Below are positions 26,565 to 40,406 of a stretch of 64,000 nt of DNA, piece by piece. Each line of letters opens with the position of its first letter. Position 1 is the first letter of the stretch. Source of the stretch: Octopus bimaculoides (Eukaryota); assembly GCF_001194135.2 (NCBI RefSeq), contig NC_068991.1, forward strand, positions 43,658,408 through 43,722,407. Reading direction: 5' to 3'. A program made the translations under genes and the position numbers. The notes below the pieces were generated by a model, which was not told the DNA's origin, did not search any database, and saw nothing but the letters and a program-made list of their open reading frames with translations.

Positions 26565-27215
26565 GCAAACTGGCAGATTGTTAGAATGTCAGACAAAATG
26601 CCTTGTGGTATTTCTTTGACCATACATTTTGAGTTCAAATCCTACTGAGATCAACTTTGCTTTTCACCTCTCGAGGGTTGATAAAGTACCAGTCAAGTCC
26701 TGAGATCAATGGTATCAACTAACCCCACCTATTCCATAAAAAATTGTTGGCCTTGTACTTAAAATAGAACCCGTTATTATTATTATTGTGGCAATCTGGC
26801 AGAATTGTTAGTATGCTCGGAAAAATGCTTAGCAGCATTTCATCCATCTTTATATTCTGAATTCAAATTCTTCCATTGTTGACTTACCTTTCATCCTTTC
26901 AGGGTCATAAAATAAGCACCTGTTGAGCACTGGGGTCAATGTAACCAACTTACCCCCTCTCCTGAAATTGCTGGCCTTATGCCAAAATTTGAAATCATTA
27001 CCAGGCAAAATGCATGTGACATTTTGTCCATCTTTATGTTCTGAGTTCAAATGCTGCCAAGGCTGACTTTGCCTTTCATCCTTTTAGAGTTGATAAATAA
27101 GTACCAGTTGAACACTTGATCGATGTAATCAACTAACCCTCTCCCCACAAGGTGTAACCCTCTTCCACAAGACCTAATATAGGTCTTGTGCCTATATTAG
27201 AAAGAATTATTATTA
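26565..27215 (+). mobile_element. Three head-to-tail copies of the Nin/Deu-like SINE
   Basis: Same unit as 18290-19200 in the opposite orientation; attattatt spacers at about 26775-26787 and 27205-27215. Confidence 0.75.
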
Positions 27216-28003
27216 ATCACTTGCAATAGTTTTACTGGTACTCAGAAACAATAGTGGTACATTGGAAATTTTGCTCATCTTTGAAACGACTAACTGCTTT
27301 ATGGCATTCTGTTATTTGAATCCCAAAATGAACAACATTACTCTTTATCTCTCCAAAATTGTTAATATAAAAATCATTTATGTATAGACACAGGTGTGGC
27401 TGTGTGATAAGAAACTTGCTTCCCAACCATATGATTCTGGGTTCAGTCCCACTGCATGGCACCTTGAGCAAATATCTTCTACTATAGCTTTGGTCATCCT
27501 AGCCCTTGTGAGTGGATTTGGCTGATGAAAACTGAAAGAAACTTGTTTGTGTATGTATGTGTGTGTGTGTGTGTGTGTGTTTGTGTGTGTCATTGCTGCT
27601 TGACAACTGGTGTTGGTTTGTTTACATCCCTGTAACTCACTGGTTTAGCAAAAGAGAGCAATAGAATAAGTACCAGCCAAAATAAGACTGGGGTTGATTT
27701 GTTCAACTAAACCCTTCAAGGTGGTGTACCAGCATGGATGCAGTCCAGTGACTGAAACAAAAGGTAAAAGAGATTTAATCGAATTGNNNNNNNNNNNNNN
27801 NNNNNNNNNNNNNNNNNNNNNNNNNNNNNNNNNNNNNNNNNNNNNNNNNNNNNNNNNNNNNNNNNNNNNNNNNNNNNNNNNNNNNNNNNNNNNNNNNNNN
27901 NNNNNNNNNNTTTTTTTTTTTTTTTTTTTTTTTTTTCATAGAGATTGACAGATACCTAAATAGAAAATTATTTCTTCTCTTATTTTTATTTTCAAAATCT
28001 CAG

Positions 28004-28165
28004 GCGTTGAATCATTTTGAAGAAGATCGGCCTGTTTTTCCTGGCTCCCGTTCAACCTATACACCTGCACTTGAATTCTTAAGATCTGACATGTACGATG
28101 GTATTCCTGTCTACAGGGTAATGAATAAAAAAGGAGAAGTTATCCAAAAGGATCAAGATCCCCAA
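28004..28165 (+). CDS. BCKDHA: Branched-chain alpha-keto acid dehydrogenase E1 alpha, exon 2
   Basis: ctcag|GCG...CCCAA|gtaag; ALNHFEEDRPVFPGSRSTYTPALEF...GIPVYRVMNKKGEVIQKDQDPQ; 162 nt, phase 0/0. Confidence 0.93.
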
Positions 28166-30809
28166 GTAAGATCACTTATCTTTCTTTTATTTTTTTTTTT
28201 TTTACATAAAAATTAATTATAACGGTTAAAACAAACTAAATACCCAAAGAAACTTATTTTTTTCATCTTGGCCATGTACCTCCTCTATAGCAAGACTTGT
28301 TTCTGCCTTTCTGTCTCTTTGTCACACTCTAATCGTTCATCATTTGACACAAAATCACCTCCTCCAATAACCCCTTCCCTCTCAAAATTCCTTGTCTTGC
28401 AAGTTACTTGGTGACCCTGCCAGTGCTAATACCATGTAAAAAGCATCCAGTCCACACTGTGAAGTGGTTGGCATTTGGAAGGGCATCCAGCTGTAAAAAC
28501 CATGCCAAAACTGACCTTGCCTGTGCTGGTGCCATGTAAAAAGCTGTCACTTCACTATATGGAGTGGTTGGTGTCAGGAAGGGCATCTAGCTGTAAAAAC
28601 CCTGCCAAAACAGTCACTGTAGCCTAGTGTAGTCTTCTACCTTGCCGGTTCCTGTCAAACCATCCAACCCATGCCAGTATGGAAGACGGACATTAGATGA
28701 TGATGATAATAGCCATAATTTTCCCATATTCCAATTTATTTATTTATTGGAGGCCAAAAGTTAATTTACAAATGGAGTTGTAGAAATATAGTTTCTTTTT
28801 GAAATATTCCTCTTTCTATGTTATTTATCTAGAAACATTTTGACAGGATTTGAACTTGTAATTATGAAGTACCCATCAATCATCTAGTCAGTTTGGTAAT
28901 CCCTTGTTTAAGTCATTTCTCAGTCCTTATGTTAATTTGGTATTTTATCAATGACTAAATGTCTAAGGTTGATTTATAACTTTATGGGATTTGAACAACA
29001 ACACTGTAAGTACTTAAGTAAGTAATGAAAATATCAGTTCTGATATTCTCACCTTAATGTTTGTACCAACTTAGTTGACAATGAAATAAAGGTCTAGTGG
29101 TGGAGATCTAATATACCCAACATAACCAGTTGTTGGTGCCATAGAGTGCTGTTAATTACATTGAATGGTTAGTGGGGTTGACAGAACCGATGTAAGTGTA
29201 CAACACTAACAAACCTTTGAAAACATCTAATTTACTAAATAACATGGGATTTAAAAAGGATCAAAAGTGAGTTTACTGACATTGATATCTGTGCAGAATT
29301 TAACTGCAATGAATATCAGAATTTTTAAAAAGTAGGCTAGTTTGTATTCTTACCTTGTTTCGGTTTTTGGACTGTCACAATGCTGGGGCATTGCCTTGAA
29401 GGGTTTAGTTCAACAAAGTGACCCAATACTTATTTTTCTTTTTATGCCTGAAACTTATTCTGTCAGTCCCTTTTGCTGAACTGCTAAGTTACAAGGACAT
29501 AAACAAAACAACACTGGTTGTCATAAGGACAAAGACACACACATAGATATATATATACAAATACATATTTATATATATATATATTCAAACTTCTTTCAGT
29601 TTCTATTTACCAAATCTACTCAAAAGGCTTTGTTTGACCCAAGGCTATAGAAGACACTTGCCCAAGGTACCATACAGTAGGAGTGAATCTGTGAATCCAA
29701 GATCACATGATTGGGAAGCAAGCTTCTCAACCACACTGCCACCTATAGTATATTTATTCTCTTTATTTTTTTGTTTTGAAAAATAATACTTTCATCAAAA
29801 GACTCAATTCCAGTGGTATAGTTTGATATAAAATTGTGAAGATTGGATTAGTAGATGACCATTTTAACCAGTGGAGAGCTGCTGCTAATTGCTTTTGTTT
29901 TAATATTACATTTTTGTTTTTATGGCTTAGCAGCAAGGGTGTTATTCATCAAAGGTGACTGGAAATTACTGTGCTGACTGTTAAGCATGAATTAATTCCA
30001 TAGAAAAATTTTTTTGTTTTATTATGAAATATTTTATGATTAAATATCTTAGTAGAACTTTATTTTAATATTGCAATTATTTTACAGTAAAATCTTTTAT
30101 GAAAATAATTCATTAACTATATTACATAATCATTGTTTCATATGTTGTCAGAACTTGTAGAACTACTACATTCTTTTATTCTTTTACTTGTTTCAGTCAT
30201 TTGACTGTGGCCATGCTGGAGCACCACCTGTAGTCTAGCAAATGGAGCCCAGGACTTATTCTTTGGAAACTTAGTACTTATCCTATTGGTTCTTTTGGTG
30301 AGCTGCTAAGTTACAGGGACGTAAACACACCAGAATTGGTTGTCAAGCACTGTGGGGTGGGGGGGTGACAAACACACACACATACATGTATATGACGAGC
30401 TTCTTTCAGTTTCCGTCTGCCACATCCACTCAGAAGGCTTTGATCAGCCTGAGGTTATAGTAGAAGACATTTGCTCAAGGTGCTGGAACCATGTGGTTGG
30501 TAAGCAAGCTACTTACCACACAGCCAAATCATCAGATCAGAAATTGTATGCCCCTTAGCAATGCCAAATCTAAAGAGACCTAACTACATTGAAATAATGA
30601 TACTCTGCATGCCAGTTATGTATAATCTTCAGATGCTGGTGCTAGGAAGGATTACTACAAAATTATTACATGGCATGAGCAAGTGTATTGTTTTGAATTG
30701 TATTAAACAATTTGTCGTTTATAATTATTATTTTTTGTTATTTTTTCCCAAGGTTTGTGTGTTCAATTTTTTAAAATGTTTTTATCTTTTGATTTGTGAT
30801 TTTCTGCAG

Positions 30810-31005
30810 TTGGATGATGACACAGTGTTAAAGATGTACCATGACATGACATTGCTGAACACTATGGACCGAGTGCTCTATGATTCTCAAAGACAAGGCA
30901 GAATTTCATTCTACATGACTAACTATGGAGAAGAGGGCACTCACATTGGGTCAGCTGCAGCTCTTGATCCTGGTGATTTGGTATTTGCTCAGTATCGGGA
31001 AGCAG
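30810..31005 (+). CDS. BCKDHA: BCKDHA exon 3
   Basis: ctgcag|TTG...GCAG|gtatg; [65 protein letters not shown]; 196 nt, phase 0/1. Confidence 0.97.
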
Positions 31006-31449
31006 GTATGTCTGAAGATCAAAATTTTTTGTTCTCACACAGGACTGTACTCCTTTCAGGAAAATGGCCTTGCTTGATATATAGAAAAGATAGAAATTTC
31101 ATATAGACAGAACTTCCATATAGTGCACTCAGTACAGAGGTAAAGTGGTATCACAGGAAGTTTAAAAGAGAAAGTAGATTTTGTATTTGATAGATGTGCA
31201 AGAGTAATAAACAGTAAGAACACATAAGAAATAGATTTTCTTGAATTCCCAAGGTTGTTCCCTTGAGATTGTAGATTGTTTCATGACCTTAGTGACCTAA
31301 TTAGCAGTGGAAGAGGGTATTCTAAATGTATAAACTCAAATGTTCACACTGATGCAAAATAGGTTTTCAAAAAGTATAAGATGCTATATAATATGCAGTA
31401 GAATTAAGAGGCTTGTTCTAGTTTAATTATGCTAAAAATTAATTACCAA

Positions 31450-31880
31450 TATGAACAAAGAAGAAATGAATATATGAGACAAATACAATGTTGGGTAACA
31501 ACCAAAGGAGTATGATTGTGAATACAAGTGGCCGAAATATAGTTCCTCCAAAAGGGTCTCTGGATTAATGTTACTCAGCAGGGTGCATAGCTCAGAGATC
31601 AAGGATCCTCTCCAGGTTGAACTGTTACTTCTCTGCACTGAGAGATCACAGCTCTGATACTATGGACATGTAATTAGAATGTTGCAGGAAAGAATCACAA
31701 GACATTCTTCAAGCTGAGCCAACCAGCAGGAAACCAAGGGATAGATAGACCAAGAACGGGATGGTTGGATAATATCCATAGTTTTGGGAACCCATCCAGA
31801 AAGTGTAATGATGGTTGCTTCTGACAGGCACCACCCAAACCCCTGTGATACTTCCAGGAATAGTGTGTGGAGAAAATGAA
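31450..31880 (+). mobile_element. Decayed RTE-type LINE C-terminal fragment (different subfamily)
   Basis: Broken frame resembling RVHSSEI...ERSQL.YGHVIRM...QAEPTSRKPR.RPRTGWLDNI. Confidence 0.55.
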
Positions 31881-32521
31881 TGGATGGAATACAACAAGCA
31901 TTTAAAAAAAAATCTCAAGTCTGTCAGAGCTTGTTTCTCAAAACATAAGTATAAATGAAAAGAGTACTTTATGGTTCAAACAAATAAAGATATTTACTAT
32001 GTAAATGGTATTGTTTCTATATATGAATTTTACTGAAAGGTTAATGAAAATTGACTTATTTCTAAGAAAGTATCTGTTTCTGCCTGCAATCCAGAAACCC
32101 AAACCTGTTTTCATGGTGGACTGCAAGCAAACAGTACTGTCCACAGCAAAGCCATTGTTTACAACCTGTGAACACGTGTGAAGATAAAGACAAAAGGGAA
32201 TATGAACTCACTCACTCATACATGTGACAAGTTTCTTTTTGTTTCTGTCTACTTAATCCACTCACAAAGCTTTGGTTGACCCAGGGCTATTGTAGAAGAC
32301 ATTTGCTCAATGTGCCATGCAGTGTGGCTGAACCTTAAATAGCATTGTTACATAACAAACTTTTTAACTATAAGCCATATCTGCACCTTATATGCTTTTA
32401 ATATTTAAATTCTTGTTTCTCATTTACCATCTGTAGTTGTGTCATGAAACATTGGTTTCTTTAGATTATTATTTCCCATAGTATTTATACTTCATAAAAA
32501 CTAATTTTTTTTATTTAAAAG

Positions 32522-32683
32522 GTGTGTTGCTATGGAGAGGCTTTCAGTTAGATGAGTTCATGAACCAATGCTATGGCAATAATGAAGATGTTGGAAGAGG
32601 AAGACAAATGCCAGTCCATTACGGCTCTAAGAACCTTAACTTTGTTACTATATCCTCAACTTTAGCCACACAAATGCCACAAG
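32522..32683 (+). CDS. BCKDHA: BCKDHA exon 4
   Basis: aaag|GT...CAAG|gtttgt; [54 protein letters not shown]; 162 nt, phase 1/1. Confidence 0.97.
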
Positions 32684-32761
32684 GTTTGTTTAATCAAATG
32701 GAAAATTTCTGTCTTCTGATCCAAATTTTTCTTGAGACAATTGCATTATTATCATAGGTTT

Positions 32762-32804
<43 letters not shown>

Positions 32805-33591
32805 GACTTTATTTTGTACTGGTTTGGGATTGAGGGATCAGTAATGCTGTCAATTTCACCCATGCCAGTGGCACATAAAGAAACACCCACTACACTCTCA
32901 GAGTGTCTTGGCATTATGAAGGGCATCAAGCTGTAGAAACCTTGCCAGATCAGATTGGAACCTGATACAGCATGCCAGCTTACCAGTTTTCAGTAAAACT
33001 GTTCAACCCGTGCCAGCATGGAAATCGGACGTTAAATAATGATGATGATGAGCTTTAACAATTTTTGCACAGATCTAAAGTTTAACTTATTAAAATTTTC
33101 TTTTTTCTTGGCCAATCTTTCAACTACTTTTACTAACCTTGCATTTTTAAGGTTACATTACACTACCTTGTTCCAACTCTTCTTCAATTAAACAATGTTT
33201 CACTGTCTGCTCTGACTTTCGATGATTTGATCTCGACCTCATTCTGAGTATTCTTCAAGTGATTTGTTTCAATTAACCTTTTTTTTTTTTAATATGTATG
33301 TGATTTAGGGGAAACACAGGAACTCTCTTCAGTGGCTCATGTTAGAACATATTCTAAAGTGTTGTGTCTTTTCTAAAGCTGACCATTTGACTTTGTAGCT
33401 GCTATCTTTTTGTCTTCTTCCTTCAAAAAAAAAAAAAGCTATATCAAGGCACAACACAATTTTAACTCCTGAACTTTGAATCAAAAGCTCTACATTTTTA
33501 TCATAATTATTAAAGTATTATTATTATAATTTTTGTAATGAGCCCTTCCAAAATTCCTTTATGTTATTTTCCATTCCTGTTCTATTTACAG

Positions 33592-33736
33592 CTTCTGGTG
33601 CAGCTTATGCTTACAAACGTGCACAGAATGGTAAGTGTGTTATTTGCTATTTTGGTGAAGGTGCTGCTTCAGAAGGAGATGCTCATGCTGCATTCAATTT
33701 TGCTTCTACTTTAGATTGTCCTGTGATATTCTTCTG
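33592..33736 (+). CDS. BCKDHA: BCKDHA exon 5 (TPP-binding motif start, GEGAASEGD)
   Basis: tacag|CT...TTCTG|gtaag; [48 protein letters not shown]; 145 nt, phase 1/2. Too short to appear in the ORF track. Confidence 0.97.
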
Positions 33737-34439
33737 GTAAGTTCTGCTGCAAAGCTCCAAGATTTATTGCTTCCATTAATTTTTTTTAAAATTTGAATTT
33801 ACTGAGATTGTTTGGCTGGTATCATTAAGCAATAAATTCCATTACAGGAAATGAAAGACATTTTTTTTCAATTTGATAACTTTATAAACCTAGAATATAC
33901 AATTTAATATGTAATGGTATCCTTTGTCATTAGCACTATGTTGTTGCATAATTGCAGTCAGTTCTGATACAGAGATAGCTCACTGACTGGCTGAGAGTGA
34001 CTCATCTAACACACTAAATATGTCATGCTTTCATTTCACTTAGAACAATGTTATGCTTTCCATTATGCTCATCATCATCCTCGTCATCATTTAATGTCCA
34101 CTTTCCATGCTGGCATGGGTTGAACAGTTTGATTGAGGGCTGGTGAGCCAGAAGGCTGCACCAGCTCCTATCCAATCTGGCAATGTTTCTGCAGCTGGAT
34201 GCCCTTCCTAATGCCAACCACTCCGAGAGTGTAGTGGGTGCTTTTTATGTGCCACTGGCACGAGGGCCAGTTAGGTGGTACTGGCATCATCCATGCTCGA
34301 ATGGTGCTTTTACGTGTCAATTAGGCAGTACTGTCATCAACCACGACAACAACTTCACTTACCTCAAGAGGTCTTCGCAAACACAGTTTATTGCCCAATG
34401 ATTGAAAGGTACTCTTAAATGGGTTGGTTATGCTGCACT

Positions 34440-35150
34440 GGCATAGGCCACGGTTACAGTCTCACTTGGTTTGCCAGGTCTTCTCAAGTACAGCATATCT
34501 CTAAAGGTCTCAGTTACCCGTCATCACCTCAGTGAGGCCCAACATTTGAAGGGTTAGGGTCTTTCTGGGTCTGCCTCTTCCACAGGTTCCCTCTACTGCT
34601 AGGATGCAACACTTTTTCACACAGCTATCCTCATCCATTCGCAACACATGACTATACCAGCGCAATTGTCTCTCTTGCACACCACATCTGATGCTTCTTA
34701 TGTTCAACTTTTCTTTCAAGGTGCTTACACTCTTTCGTGTATGCACACTAACATTACACATCCAGCGAAGCATACTAGCTTCATTCTTTGCAAGCTTACA
34801 TATGTCCTCAGCAGTCATGTTCCAAGTTTCACTGCCATGTAGTATGGCTGTTCGTACACATGTCATACAGTTTATCTTTTACTCTGAGCAAGAGGCCCTG
34901 TCACCAGCAGAGGTAGGAGCTCTCTGAACTTTGCCCAGGCTATTCTTATTCTAGCAGCTACAGTCTCAGAGCAGCCAGCCCCGCTACTGATTTGGTCACC
35001 TAGGTAATGGAACCTATCAACTACTTGTTTTTTCCCCTGGAATGTGATGGAAACTGTTTTCTGCACATTTTCAGTGTGCCCCTGAGCATTTGCCACACAA
35101 AAACTATCTTCTCAGTTAATCTTCCTTTGATATTGCTGCACCTCTTATAT
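34440..35150 (-). mobile_element. RTE-clade LINE 3' fragment in BCKDHA intron 5
   Basis: CVRTAILHGSETW...QERQLRWYSHVLRMDEDSCVKKC...GRGRPRK. Confidence 0.85.
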
Positions 35151-35470
35151 GTCCATAGCTTACACCAGTACACTTAGTAAGCTAATACAGACGTGTGGTA
35201 TCACTGGATATAAGAACAAAAAAAGTGCCAATTAACCCAAGTAGAAGGAACCTGTGAGAGAGAAAGACTAAAGTAGATATGAAAAGAAGTGGTTAAAGAT
35301 TTTGGGAGGCTGAACCTTATGAAAAAGATGACCAGCAAATAGAGAGATGCTGTGCTGAGGAACTCCTGCAAACATCAGCAAACAAATATAAAAGTGAGAA
35401 AAATGTGTGTGCATTTTTTTTGTTTTTATAATGTTTTATGGAATAAAGAATATTTCATTTCTCTTTTCAG

Positions 35471-35532
35471 TCGAAATAATGGTTATGCTATTTCAACACC
35501 AACCAGGGACCAGTATCGAGGAGATGGAATTG
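35471..35532 (+). CDS. BCKDHA: BCKDHA exon 6 (TPP motif end, RNN)
   Basis: ttcag|T...ATTG|gtaaa; [21 protein letters not shown]; 62 nt, phase 2/1. Confidence 0.97.
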
Positions 35533-37430
35533 GTAAATGCTTTACTATTTCCTTTTTAATAGATTAAATTCAGTTTACTTTATTACCTGACAGAGAGAAT
35601 AACATGAATATCACATAATTTCATTTCTTCATCACTATCTGAAGCTTGGTGCCTATGCAAGAAATCATTATTATTTGGCAGACATTGCAAGGCATTGGAC
35701 TAAATTCCTTCAGGAATCAATAAAAAATAATTATCAGTAATGTACTGGGATAAATTCAATCAACTAAACTCCTCTCCTATCAATCTATGGCCTTGTGCCA
35801 AACTTCAAAATTAATTATAATGTTGTTATTATTAATTGATGAAGATTGTAACCTTTCATGAAGATAAATACACAATTTGAAGAATACATTATGTAATAAA
35901 ACACAGATTGAGTTTGTTTATTGAACTGAGCAATATTTCAACAGTATGCCTGACATCTTCAGGTTCAATATAAGACAAGAATAATGAACAATGAGAAATA
36001 CAAAAATTCAACTTGATTATCCTGTGTTCCTTCCTTGACAAAAAAGATGTTTGCCTTGTTCACGACTAGAAGTAAAGAAAATGGAAGAGAACTCTTAATC
36101 AAAAAGTTTGTCTAATCTGATGGAACTCTGTTGTATTTTTGTTTATCCCTTCTCAATGTGTGCTGCTAGTAACTTGCAAATATATTTATTTTCATGTATT
36201 TTAAGGACTGAAAGTTTAGTGAATTCAGAATATTTTCTGAAAATGTGTACTTTAAAGGTTCACCAAAGGTACAATTGTTTGATGTAAAATGCTTGGCAAG
36301 TTCCCTTAAAGTACTGTTATTGTGCTCAACATCATACCTATGCCCATTGATAACATCTTTTTTTTTTTTTTTTTGAAGGATTGTCTAGTTGGATTTTTAC
36401 ATTACTGTGACAGCTTTGCACAAAACTCAGGTTTTAAGTTGAACACAAAATTCTCATCCAGTTTTTCAAAACTAGTGTTGATATTTTGAACAAAAAAGTA
36501 GTTTTCAGAAGGCCAAATAGTGACTGAACTATTTTGAAAACCCACTTGTGTTTTCACCACAATTCTGATCATTCACACCATATGATTGTCAAATTCAAAA
36601 TCCCACTTTTGCGAATAAAATTGATTTGTTCTGACATAGATTATTGGAAATGTCATATGGGGTTTTAGTGAATCATGATTAAAGGAAATTGCAAATGACA
36701 CAGCTAAAATTAATGAATGTCAGACTTTCATGCCTAATTATAGTGGTAAAATTTTTGATCAAATTCTTTTAGTTAACTGGCACTGAGATTTTGGGGTCAA
36801 TTCAAAAGTATTGCCTGACAGTCATCATTTCACAGAAGTAGCTTTGATTCAAAGAAATATTTCTTCATCTACCTACTGTTGCTTTTTGACATAACAAAAA
36901 TGTAAGACAAATATTAACTAGTACTTCTGATAATAAAGGAAAATTCCATTGGAGTTTCTGAATGCGGAACCCTTAAAAACAGTTGCAGGAGAGGTAAGCC
37001 CTATTCATTATGCAGCACCTTGAGTCAGGTCAACTCCATCACAAATTCTAAAAGAAATATAATTTATGCAGAAAGTGGGACCTGTAACAACTCCCAAACA
37101 CAACTTAATTTATGTTGGTTACACAAAAAGAAAAATTAAGCAAAAAGATTTAATAGGCATAGGTATGACATCAGGCATAATACTACTTTGATGATGCTTT
37201 GAAGACAACTGTATGACAGACACCATAAAATACACATTCTTTGAAAATATTCTGACTTCACTGAACTTACAGTTTTTTTCATTTTTCATTATTCTTGTCT
37301 TATTTTGAACCTGAAGGAGACAGATGTGCTGCTGAAATATTCTTCAGTTCAATAAACAAAAAGTTAATCTGTGTTTTATAAAATATCATGTTCATCTAAT
37401 TGTACATTATAATAATTAATATTTGTATAG

Positions 37431-37572
37431 CATCTCGAGGCCCTGGTTATGGAATGGCAACTGTGCGTGTTGATGGCAATGATGTATTTGCTGTATACAA
37501 TGCAACAAAAGCTGCTCGCAATGTGTGTCTAAATGAAATGAGACCAGTCTTAATTGAAGCTATGACTTATCG
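37431..37572 (+). CDS. BCKDHA: BCKDHA exon 7
   Basis: tatag|CA...TATCG|gtaag; [48 protein letters not shown]; 142 nt, phase 1/2. Confidence 0.97.
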
Positions 37573-38111
37573 GTAAGTCATAAACTAATTATAGTTTATT
37601 GTCTGTAGAGTAGATGGGGATAATTCTGATATCTTAATTATAGTTGTTATAGTTTCTGAACCTAAGTGATGTCTTTATTGATGTCATCATTATCATTAAT
37701 TCTCAATTAATGCCACTTTCACTGTTACTGTCATTGTCTTCATTTTCATTTCATTATCATCACATTCTCATATTGACCATCGTAATCATCATTACAGCTG
37801 CATTACCATTTTCATTTTCACCATCACTTTGTAAGTATTTTTGTAACTTCATCATCAGATATTTTACTCTTTCTTTTACTAAGCAGTCAACAAGGAGCTT
37901 GATAGAGAAGCTAAGCTAGAATAAAACTTCTCTTGTAGTTTTCCCACTATGACAAGAGTGTCGGTAGTACCCACCAAAATAAGTGTTTTCATATGCAGTA
38001 AAATAGTAAATAAAAGGTTCACTACACATGTAGAGTCAAATATTTTTCTTAATTTTTTGCCAATGATTTTGAAGTTTATTAGTTGTCATGCTTTAATCAT
38101 TTATCTTTCAG

Positions 38112-38283
38112 TATTGGTCACCACAGCACATCAGATGATAGCTCAGCCTACCGGTCAGTTGATGAGGTAAACTATTGGGATAAAGAAGATCATCCTATTG
38201 CTAGACTAAGAGCCCATATTGTCTCTCGAGGTTTATGGAATGATGATAAGGAGAAGTCATGGAAACGTATTACAAGAAAGAGA
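38112..38283 (+). CDS. BCKDHA: BCKDHA exon 8 (phosphorylation loop [13 protein letters not shown])
   Basis: ttcag|T...AGA|gtaag; [33 protein letters not shown]...; both regulatory serines are present; 172 nt, phase 2/0. Confidence 0.97.
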
Positions 38284-40406
38284 GTAAGAATGGATTTTTG
38301 TTGTCTTCACTTTTTCAAGTTGTCTCTTGCTATCTGTGATTGTAACATATGTGAGTCTTTAGGAAATTTTATTTTCCTAATATTGTGGAAATCTAATGTT
38401 CATTGCAGAAGTCATGTGAATTACATCTGCAACACAATCCTTATTTTCACTGTATAATTGTAAGCAATAGTTGTGATGTTGCTTCTTGGTTATTAAATCA
38501 AATTATAAGTACAGGTATGGTAGTACAGTTAAGAAGTTTGCACTCCAACTATATAGTTATGAGTTCAGTTCCACTATGTGGTACCTTGAGTAAGGTCTAC
38601 AGTTACAGTTCTGTGTTTGTGTATAATGTCTCCTTGTCTTGACATTGCATGATTGTTGTAAATGAGCATCACTATCATACTAGCAGTGTCCTTCATTTCC
38701 AATCTTTCAAGAAAACATGTCCAACCAAGGAGAATTATTACCTGACTTGGAAACATGGCATCTTCACATAAAAAATCCACCCCATGTAAGCATGGAAAAG
38801 CATATGTTGAAATGATGATGATCTATACTATTGTGTAGAAGCATTTATTCTGTTCCTGTATGGAAAAGAACCTAATTGCTCTTAAGTTTCCTAAAGACTT
38901 CAGATATGATACAACAGCTAATGTACAAGGAAAGCACTTCAGCCTAATTTGTCAAGTTGGTAACTGAAATGTGGTACCTTACAACTGATATTTCTCATCC
39001 AAATACGACTGTTACACTAGTATTGAAATTTTCTCTTCTGTAACTGTGAAATACATTTTCAAGTTCTTATATAAGGATATGAATGTACACAGATGCAAAA
39101 ACATTAGTGACTTTTTTTATCTATTATAAAATTGTGCAGTATATAAATGGTTGTCATGCCAGGGCTCTGGAAGTGGTGTGTAATGCAAAAGGTATGATAG
39201 ATCATTTGCTGTGATTTGTCTTAAAATACATCTTGAATATCAACTTGTTCACTTTCCAAACTAGTTCACTTTCTTGAATATCAACTAGTTCACTTTCCAA
39301 AAGGTAATGAAAGAGAGGCATCTTCAAAATGCCCAAAGCATAAACACACCCTTCATGACGTGACTCAGAGGAAATGAAACTGGTTAAGCTGCCAAACTGA
39401 AATTCCCTACAGTTGTCTTGAAAATAAAGAATATGTATAAGAGATTAAATAATCCTTAGAGTTATGCATCCAAAGCAGACAGACGAAATTTCATGTCAGA
39501 TTATTATAAGTTAGTGATTATTAATAAAGGATTGATAATTTCACTCATAGACTTATAATGCCAGGGAGAAGGCATAAAGAATATATTTAAATGATCATAC
39601 TTTAAAAGAAATTGGATAAGGATATAAACTATCTTTATACCATCATTTTTGACAGCCTAAGCTGTAATTTTTGTATAATTATGTATTGTTAATATAACAA
39701 TACATAAAGACGGGTATTGTTCCTGTGGTTTTCCACCCTTATGTATCTATTTTTACTATAAGATATATATTTATATACACATACGCATATATGTGGATGA
39801 ATATGTATAGAGAAAAAGAGCTAAAATATTTGTTTAGTAAAATAACTTTGACTGTGTGCATACACACATGGATAGTTGATCTTATCTGTAAAAAAAAATA
39901 TATATATTATGACCATTATTCTTTAATAATTATACTTGTGACACAATGACTATGTTATTAAGGTTCTCAACTAGGGGCCAATATGGTCATGGACCATTGT
40001 AGAACTATTTTCTTATGTTGCTGGTAATGCACATAACCTGTCTTGCCTCAGTATGCTTTGTCAATAATGAGCTCTATTTATTTATTCTAAAGTGATTAGT
40101 TGTAAGAACATGCAGTTATGAAACCAGTTGTCCTAATTATTTGAAATACCCACATTTGCTATGAAAATCTAATCCTATTTCTGCATATAAAAATATTGAA
40201 GATTGTGAGAGCAAGACTTGCAATTAATAAACTAGTGTTCTCTCTATGAAGTAATTTATAACTCATTTGCTTTGCAGTATGATCTGTTATATACAAACTC
40301 TGTTAACCTCTGTTAATCAGTGAAAATAATAAGGTATAAGGGGTAACAAATATAATGATTGCCACAGTTTATTTGTGAAATTCAAAAAATTTGTTGCTAT
40401 TTTCAG

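Noticed and set aside
30945-30947. BCKDHA Ile codon (GTHIG; Val in human) as a restorative A-to-I editing site
   Set aside because: Ile/Val is a conservative exchange likely to be common in invertebrate orthologues; nothing in the sequence supports editing.
30561-31106. 181-aa ORF as a standalone gene
   Set aside because: Only 30810-31005 is coding (BCKDHA exon 3); the rest is read-through into introns.
35950-37150. Possible decayed transposase in BCKDHA intron 6
   Set aside because: Looks like old coding sequence in places, but I could not recover a diagnostic motif or termini.
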